Part shown: positions 27,639 through 32,661 of the stretch, one piece after another | Layout of the letters: every line of letters starts with the position of its first letter | How positions within the stretch are numbered: the stretch's first letter is position 1 | From: Candidatus Zapsychrus exili | Lineage (GTDB): Bacteria > Omnitrophota > Gorgyraeia > Zapsychrales > Zapsychraceae | Direction: 5' to 3' | Assembly: GCA_030765585.1 (NCBI GenBank) | Contig: JAVCCJ010000053.1 | Span: 1 to 32,661, forward strand | DNA: 32,661 nucleotides | The notes under the pieces: model-generated | What the model was told of the DNA's origin: nothing | Database searches by the model: none | What the model saw: only the letters and a program-made list of their open reading frames with translations | Translations under genes and position numbers: made by a program

Positions 27639-28933
27639 TACTTCAGTCCTACCTTCTTAAATACTTTATCGGTGTGTCTTGTGTAATATTTAATATCGAA
27701 ACATTTATCAATTTCACTTGGTTTTAAGTACTTTCTTACTTTCCTATCTCTATTTAATATATCCTTGAAGTTTGATGTCTCTTGCCATACCTGCATTGCG
27801 CAACGCTGAATAATTTCATATGCAGCTTCACGAGTTAATCCTTTTTTCATAAGCTCTAAAAGAACACGTTGCGAGTAGATAAGTCCTTTAGTCTTAGAAA
27901 GAGATATGATCATATTCTTAGGATAAACTAATAAGTCGTCAATAATCGGTGTTATTTTATTAAACATGTAATTTAGTGCAATTGCAGTATCCGGTAAAAT
28001 TATACGTTCTACAGAAGAATGGCTTATGTCTCTCTCGTGCCATAACGTAACATTTTCAAATGCAGCTTGCGCATTAGCACGTAATATACGAGATAAGCCT
28101 GATATTCTTTCACAAGTGATTGGGTTTCTCTTGTGAGGCATAGCAGAAGATCCTATTTGACCTTTAAAAAATGGCTCTTCTACCTCTAAAACTTCTGTCT
28201 TTTGAAGCAAGCGAATCTCAGTTGCTATTTTATTTAAAGTACAACCCACTAAAGCTAAAGTATTAACAAATTGACAATGTATGTCTCTTTGAATAATCTG
28301 AGTTGCTATATTAGCAGGTTTAAGATTGAGCTTTTCACAAACATATTCTTCTACCGACGGATCTATGTTTGCATATGTTCCGACGGCTCCAGATATTTTG
28401 CCGTATCCTATCATTTCTTTCGCTTGTTCTAAACGTATAAGATTTCTTTTCATTTCATCATACCAAACAGCTATTTTTAAACCAAAAGTTGTCGGCTCGG
28501 CATGAACACCATGAGTTCTTGCTATACACGGAGTATCTTTATATTTCTTTGCTTTCTGTTTTAAAGCAAGTAGAAGCTTCTTTGCATCTGCAAGCAAAAT
28601 ATCCATAGACTCTATACATTGCACAGACAAAGACGTATCCAATAGATCTGATGAAGTTAAGCCCATATGCAAATATCTTGCTTCTGGACCTATATATTGG
28701 CCCACATTATTAATAAATGCTACAATATCATGCTTTGTTCTTTCTTCGAGCTTTTTAACCTCTTCGATATCAAACTTTGCATTCTTTTTAATTTTCTCCA
28801 TTGCTTTTTTAGGAATTTGGCCGAGTTTGCACATGGCTTCGCAAGATAAAACTTCAATCTTAAGCATAATTTCCATCTTATGCTCTTCAGACCAAACCCT
28901 TCCCATTTTTGATAGAGTGTAACGATCAATCAT
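27638..28933 (-). CDS. purB: Adenylosuccinate lyase
   Basis: MIDRY, T.HD, H.GLTSSD, RTHGVHAEP, GSSAMPHKRNP, LWHERDISHSS. Confidence 0.99.
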   Translation of the reverse strand: MIDRYTLSKMGRVWSEEHKMEIMLKIEVLSCEAMCKLGQIPKKAMEKIKKNAKFDIEEVKKLEERTKHDIVAFINNVGQYIGPEARYLHMGLTSSDLLDTSLSVQCIESMDILLADAKKLLLALKQKAKKYKDTPCIARTHGVHAEPTTFGLKIAVWYDEMKRNLIRLEQAKEMIGYGKISGAVGTYANIDPSVEEYVCEKLNLKPANIATQIIQRDIHCQFVNTLALVGCTLNKIATEIRLLQKTEVLEVEEPFFKGQIGSSAMPHKRNPITCERISGLSRILRANAQAAFENVTLWHERDISHSSVERIILPDTAIALNYMFNKITPIIDDLLVYPKNMIISLSKTKGLIYSQRVLLELMKKGLTREAAYEIIQRCAMQVWQETSNFKDILNRDRKVRKYLKPSEIDKCFDIKYYTRHTDKVFKKVGLK

Positions 28934-29109
28934 ATTATTTAACTCCTTTTTTAAGTGAGCACATAACCTAACAGCGACCCAAAAAAACGCTAAGCTATAA
29001 GTGCTGATTTATCTAGAGACAACATTAATTACCATAGGACTAAACTAATATTTTTAGGTGAGATATATCCCCAACCTTACAAATTTTTTGAGGATTATTG
29101 AACGCAGAT

Positions 29110-29138
29110 AATATAACAGAGAAATTTTTTGAGGTCAA
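29110..29138 (-). promoter_or_regulatory. Putative sigma70 promoter of the pur cluster
   Basis: Minus strand TTGACC-N17-TATATT with extended -10 TG and an AT-rich tract upstream; implies a leader of about 170 nt. Confidence 0.65.
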
Positions 29139-29304
29139 CCAAAATAAAAAAATATTATGAATTTTATTATATATATTTATATAAACTAATGATATATAAT
29201 AACTTACGTCTTTAAACATTTCTTTAGCTAGGCAAAAAAATAAGTAGATTTAACAAGCCTTACTACTAATAGTATCTATTTAATAAGAAGTATACTATTA
29301 ACTT

Positions 29305-29883
29305 CTATTTTGCGCCTAAAGACAACTTACTTTTAAAATATTCTACCATCGATACGGTTGTTTCCTCAACAACGCTTGGGGTTGCCTTAAGAAACGCTTG
29401 CCCTGTTTGGCTTTGAAAAAACTCAACTACTTTTTCCAAATCTTCTTCTAAATAATATTTATCGTAAATTGGTATAAGCTGTGCCATAATTTCGCCAACA
29501 TTGAAAAGATTCTTAAATTCTTCTTCTTTGCCTGCAGGAGCAGACAATAAGATAGAATCAACTTTTTGAATTAAACTCTCTTTCGTGCCGTTTGCTTGGA
29601 GCAAGACAAGAATCAACTCAATTTTATTAGCAGAAATATCTTCAAACTGAGAAATATCCATTTCTTGAGTGGGTTCTTGATCTTCTTCTATTCTGTTAAC
29701 TTGTCCTAAATAATATTTCTTCAGCACTGTCCCTGATTTAATTATTATATAGTAAGAATTCTTTTGTATAATTTCACCTTTTACGACGCTGCCATCATTT
29801 AAATAAACTGTTTCAGCAATAGAGACTGAACAAACAAAGCTAAATACAAACGAAGCTATTAAAACAAAAATTATCTTTTTCAT
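29305..29883 (-). CDS. Exported protein with N-terminal L.DG...G.I module and C-terminal DUF2059-like helices
   Basis: Signal peptide; VYLNDGSVVKGEII; IYDKYYLEEDLEKVVEFFQSQTGQAF resembles DUF2059 (Y...F...EL.....FY.S..GQ). Confidence 0.75.
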   Translation of the reverse strand: MKKIIFVLIASFVFSFVCSVSIAETVYLNDGSVVKGEIIQKNSYYIIIKSGTVLKKYYLGQVNRIEEDQEPTQEMDISQFEDISANKIELILVLLQANGTKESLIQKVDSILLSAPAGKEEEFKNLFNVGEIMAQLIPIYDKYYLEEDLEKVVEFFQSQTGQAFLKATPSVVEETTVSMVEYFKSKLSLGAK

Positions 29884-29935
29884 ATTTAAATCCTTTCAAT
29901 AAAATTAATACTTTAATGTAAGTCTAGGTTTAATA

Positions 29936-29964
29936 TTGATTATATAATATCTTTATGTTACCAT
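29936..29964 (+). promoter_or_regulatory. Putative sigma70 promoter for the polyprenyl synthase (leaderless arrangement)
   Basis: TTGATT-N17-TACCAT with extended -10 TG; ATG begins 7 nt after the -10; no SD. Confidence 0.6.
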
Positions 29965-29970
29965 ACGCTT

Positions 29971-31059
29971 ATGATTATTGACATAAAAAAACAAATTGAC
30001 CAAAGAATTTCGTCCTTTCTAGACAAAATAGACCAAGAATACAAAATATCTGCATTAAATGCGCAGCTGTACAAGAATATAAAAGAATTCTCGTTAAGGG
30101 ATGGCAAAAGAATCCGCCCTATTCTTTTTATCTTAAGCTATCTAGGGTATTCTAGTCCTAGTAAACGTACTACTGTTTCTTTATACGAGACCTCGATTGC
30201 AATCGAGCTTCTTCACAACTTTATGCTTATTCACGACGATATAATCGATGAATCTTCTTTAAGACGAAATAAGCCTACAATGCACATAATGTTCAAAAAA
30301 ACAGCTGTAACAAAAAATAAAAAGAAATTAGGTCGTGACCTAGCCATTATTGCAGGAGACCTTCTTTATGCTATTGCTATAAGATCATTTCTTTCTATTA
30401 AAGCAAGTCCTGCAAAAAAAGAGCGCGCTTTAAAATATTTTATTGAAACAACTGCAATTACTGCAATGGGAGAATTTCTTGATACTATTAACGGCTTTAA
30501 AAGCTTAGCCCAAATTAAAGAAAAAGACGTGATGCTAAACTACACACTTAAAACATCTAGGTATACATTTAGTTGTCCACTTGTTACTGGAGCTATTTTA
30601 TCTGGCGCCAAAGAAAGCGACATAAAGAAATTATCCGAATTAGGCATACTTATTGGACAAGCATTTCAAATTCAAGACGATATTATCGGAATTTTTGGAA
30701 ACGAAAAGGTTATCGGCAAGTCAATCTTAAGCGATTTACAAGAATCAAAAAAAACATTGCTTACCGCTCATGCTTATAAGAAGCTAAAAAAAGAGAAAAG
30801 AACGCTTTTTCTGAAATATTTTAACAAAAAAACCAAAAGAATCTCTGATCTTAATTGTATAAAGAAAATATTTATTGATGCAGGTAGCTTAGAATACAGC
30901 CTAAAAGAAGTTGAAAGCAGAGCAAAAAAGTCACTAGAGATTTTAAGAAGCCTAAGAATGAAACCTACCTATAAAAAAGAGATTGAATCAGCTATTTTTC
31001 AATTCTTCAAACAAAGCAAACAAGTTGCAGACAAAAACAACATAAGCTTAGCCGTCTAA
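29971..31059 (+). CDS. Trans-polyprenyl diphosphate synthase (type I GGPP synthase/IdsA-like)
   Basis: GKRIRP, first Asp-rich motif (FARM) FMLIHDDIID...RR, LAIIAGD, KT, second motif (SARM) AFQIQDDIIG, GK...SDL.E.K.T. Confidence 0.93.
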   Translation: MIIDIKKQIDQRISSFLDKIDQEYKISALNAQLYKNIKEFSLRDGKRIRPILFILSYLGYSSPSKRTTVSLYETSIAIELLHNFMLIHDDIIDESSLRRNKPTMHIMFKKTAVTKNKKKLGRDLAIIAGDLLYAIAIRSFLSIKASPAKKERALKYFIETTAITAMGEFLDTINGFKSLAQIKEKDVMLNYTLKTSRYTFSCPLVTGAILSGAKESDIKKLSELGILIGQAFQIQDDIIGIFGNEKVIGKSILSDLQESKKTLLTAHAYKKLKKEKRTLFLKYFNKKTKRISDLNCIKKIFIDAGSLEYSLKEVESRAKKSLEILRSLRMKPTYKKEIESAIFQFFKQSKQVADKNNISLAV

Positions 31060-32156
31060 ATCAACTGCGAACATATCTCATCTAAAACTAGCAAACCTTT
31101 TCTTGTTGTTTTTAATTTATTTCCATTAAACTCAAGCAAGCCTTCTTTTTCTAACATTTTTATCTGGTTAATATCCCTATCCTTTAAATTAACATTAAAT
31201 CTTTTATTCAAAAGTTTTATATCAACTCCATCTATCATACGAAGGCTAAACAATAGCGTTTCTTTAAAACGCTCATATTTATTTAATTTTTCAACATTTT
31301 CTTTCGCATCACCATCTTTATTTATCAACTCTATATAATTTCTTAGCCTTGAAACATTCCAAAATCTTAACCCCTTTATATGAGAGTGAGCACCAACTCC
31401 TAAACCAATATACTCTCCACCTTGCCAATAGTTTATATTGTGCTTAGACTCGCACCCTTTCTTCGCAAAGTTGCTCACCTCGTAATGCCTATAGCCTAAG
31501 CTTTCTAATTTATCTTTAACAAGCAAATATTGACGCACTTGCGCATCTTGATCTTTAAGTTTTTCTTCTAACACAAAAAACCTGCTATTTTTTTCAATTG
31601 ATAAAGAATAAAGAGAAATATGTCCACTGCCTAACATTGCAATATCGTCAACATCCTTCTTTAGTTCTTTGTCTGTTTGACCATAAAACGAATACATAAC
31701 ATCAACGCTTATATTATTAATTCCTACTTGTCTTATCAAATTAAAAGATTTTATTGCCTGCAGCCTACTATGACTTCTTCCAAGATATTTCAAATATTTA
31801 TTATTTAAACTTTGAATTCCTAAACTTACTCTATTTACCCCAGAATTTTTCAAGATTTGTATTTTAGTTTTATCTAAGCTTTCAGGATTAGTCTCAATTG
31901 TAAATTCTACATTCTCAGAAAAACTAAAATTATCTCTTATAATAGAAAAAAGTTTTATCAATTGCTCATTGTTTAAACACGCTGGCGTTCCGCCTCCAAG
32001 ATATATCGAATCTACTTTGCTATATTTATGTTTCTTTGCTTCAAGAGATATGCAATCCAAATAGGAATCAATATATTTTTCTTGCCGCACAAAAACAACA
32101 AATGAACAATAAGAACATTTCTTCAAACAAAAAGGTATGTGTATATAAAGTGTCAT
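31056..32156 (-). CDS. hemW: Radical SAM heme chaperone HemW (HemN-like)
   Basis: LYIHIPFC...C.YC, YLGGGTP, E.NP, R.SLGIQS, YEVSNFA, HN..YW. Confidence 0.9.
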   Translation of the reverse strand: MTLYIHIPFCLKKCSYCSFVVFVRQEKYIDSYLDCISLEAKKHKYSKVDSIYLGGGTPACLNNEQLIKLFSIIRDNFSFSENVEFTIETNPESLDKTKIQILKNSGVNRVSLGIQSLNNKYLKYLGRSHSRLQAIKSFNLIRQVGINNISVDVMYSFYGQTDKELKKDVDDIAMLGSGHISLYSLSIEKNSRFFVLEEKLKDQDAQVRQYLLVKDKLESLGYRHYEVSNFAKKGCESKHNINYWQGGEYIGLGVGAHSHIKGLRFWNVSRLRNYIELINKDGDAKENVEKLNKYERFKETLLFSLRMIDGVDIKLLNKRFNVNLKDRDINQIKMLEKEGLLEFNGNKLKTTRKGLLVLDEICSQLI

Positions 32157-32529
32157 TTTTTAAGCTTTTTTTAGTTTTTTGTTTTTATTTTTTGCAAATT
32201 TGAAAACACTTTGCAACTCTTATTCTAAACTATTTTAAAGGATTTAAACAAAATTTGTACATTTTATTTACTCGTCGCTAAAATCTAATATTCACTATAC
32301 TTTCTTAAAAAAATGAAAACTTTTAAATTTATTTTTTTATTTAAAAAAGTCTTTTTCTTTTTGAATTGATAAGACTGTATGATATCATAAGATAAAGTGA
32401 GAAATGAGGTTTCCAAATTTAAAGTAAATTTAATAGTTTAGAAAACTTCATTCCTGAAGCGTTAACTTAGAAATAAACTTTTAAGATATGCGCCGAAGAA
32501 ACCAAATCTCTCAATTAAGGAGGATAGAT

Positions 32530-32661
32530 ATGGTAGTTAAAAAGAAAGTAGTTAAAAAAGTAGCAAAGAAAAAAGCACCTGCTAAGAAAAAAGTAGTTAA
32601 AAAAGTAGCAAAGAAAAAAGCACCTGCTAAGAAAAAAGTAGTTAAAAAAGTAGCAAAGAAA
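32530..32661 (+). CDS. 5' end of a Lys/Ala/Val/Pro-rich histone H1-like repeat protein, runs off the right edge
   Basis: AAGGAGG SD upstream of ATG at 32530; MVVKKKVVKKVAKKKAPAKKKVVKKVAKKKAPAKKKVVKKVAKK with no stop. Confidence 0.8.
   Translation, partial: MVVKKKVVKKVAKKKAPAKKKVVKKVAKKKAPAKKKVVKKVAKK
32545..32661 (+). repeat. Perfect 45-bp coding tandem repeat (about 2.6 copies visible)
   Basis: AAAGTAGTTAAAAAAGTAGCAAAGAAAAAAGCACCTGCTAAGAAA starting at 32545, 32590 and 32635. Confidence 0.95.

Noticed and set aside
29161..29304. AT-rich tract with small palindromes as a possible origin, dif site or terminator
   Set aside because: No DnaA-box cluster or convincing XerC/XerD arms; the AGAAGT/ACTTCT stem is too weak to call
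856..30779. Short alternative ORFs in the track (856, 2150, 4817, 6431, 8021, 8116, 9984, 10689, 11443, 13146, 14176, 15322, 15818, 16356, 19004, 20869, 23874, 25922, 26786, 28667, 28720, 30573)
   Set aside because: All lie within or across well-supported genes, antisense or out of frame, with no recognisable motifs
32489..32514. GCGCCGAAGAAACCAAATCTCTCAA resembles a glycine riboswitch core
   Set aside because: The CAGG strand and the 5' GGAGA element are missing and the downstream gene is unrelated to glycine
32545..32661. Possible CRISPR array
   Set aside because: Repeats are contiguous with no spacers, 45 bp is a multiple of three, and they lie in an open frame after an SD

Overview
AT-rich (roughly 30-33% GC by eye) bacterial chromosomal segment, genetic code 11, with about 34 mostly minus-strand housekeeping genes. 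Gene content and fusions suggest a PVC-superphylum lineage such as Candidatus Omnitrophota, but this is inference only. In transcription order the minus strand carries: (i) a ~16 kb nucleotide/RNA-metabolism run purB-purC-purSL-LOG-purQ-purM-purD-purE-tsaC::ywlE-rpiB-glyA-nrdR-DUF151-tRNA nucleotidyltransferase-Macro::Nudix-DUF296; (ii) DUF481 outer-membrane protein, miaA-hflX (no hfq), a MORN-repeat protein and a membrane-anchored hypothetical; (iii) a CIRCE-controlled operon hrcA-grpE-dnaK-dnaJ-FmdB-vanZ-DUF1015-accD; (iv) the 5' half of a sugar ABC ATPase. The right end holds a DUF2059-like exported protein, a polyprenyl synthase (+), hemW (-) and the start of a Lys/Ala/Val tandem-repeat histone H1-like ORF (+). 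I found no rRNA, tRNA, CRISPR, prophage, transposase or classical defence island. Most notable: a DnaK with Thermoplasmata/Thaumarchaeota-like signatures, a loop-deleted (CC-adding type) nucleotidyltransferase coupled to a Macro-Nudix fusion, a TsaC-YwlE fusion, a shortened HrcA, a hybrid PurE without purK, several unrelated palindromic intergenic elements (two with tandem GA/GA mismatches) and two apparently leaderless promoters.
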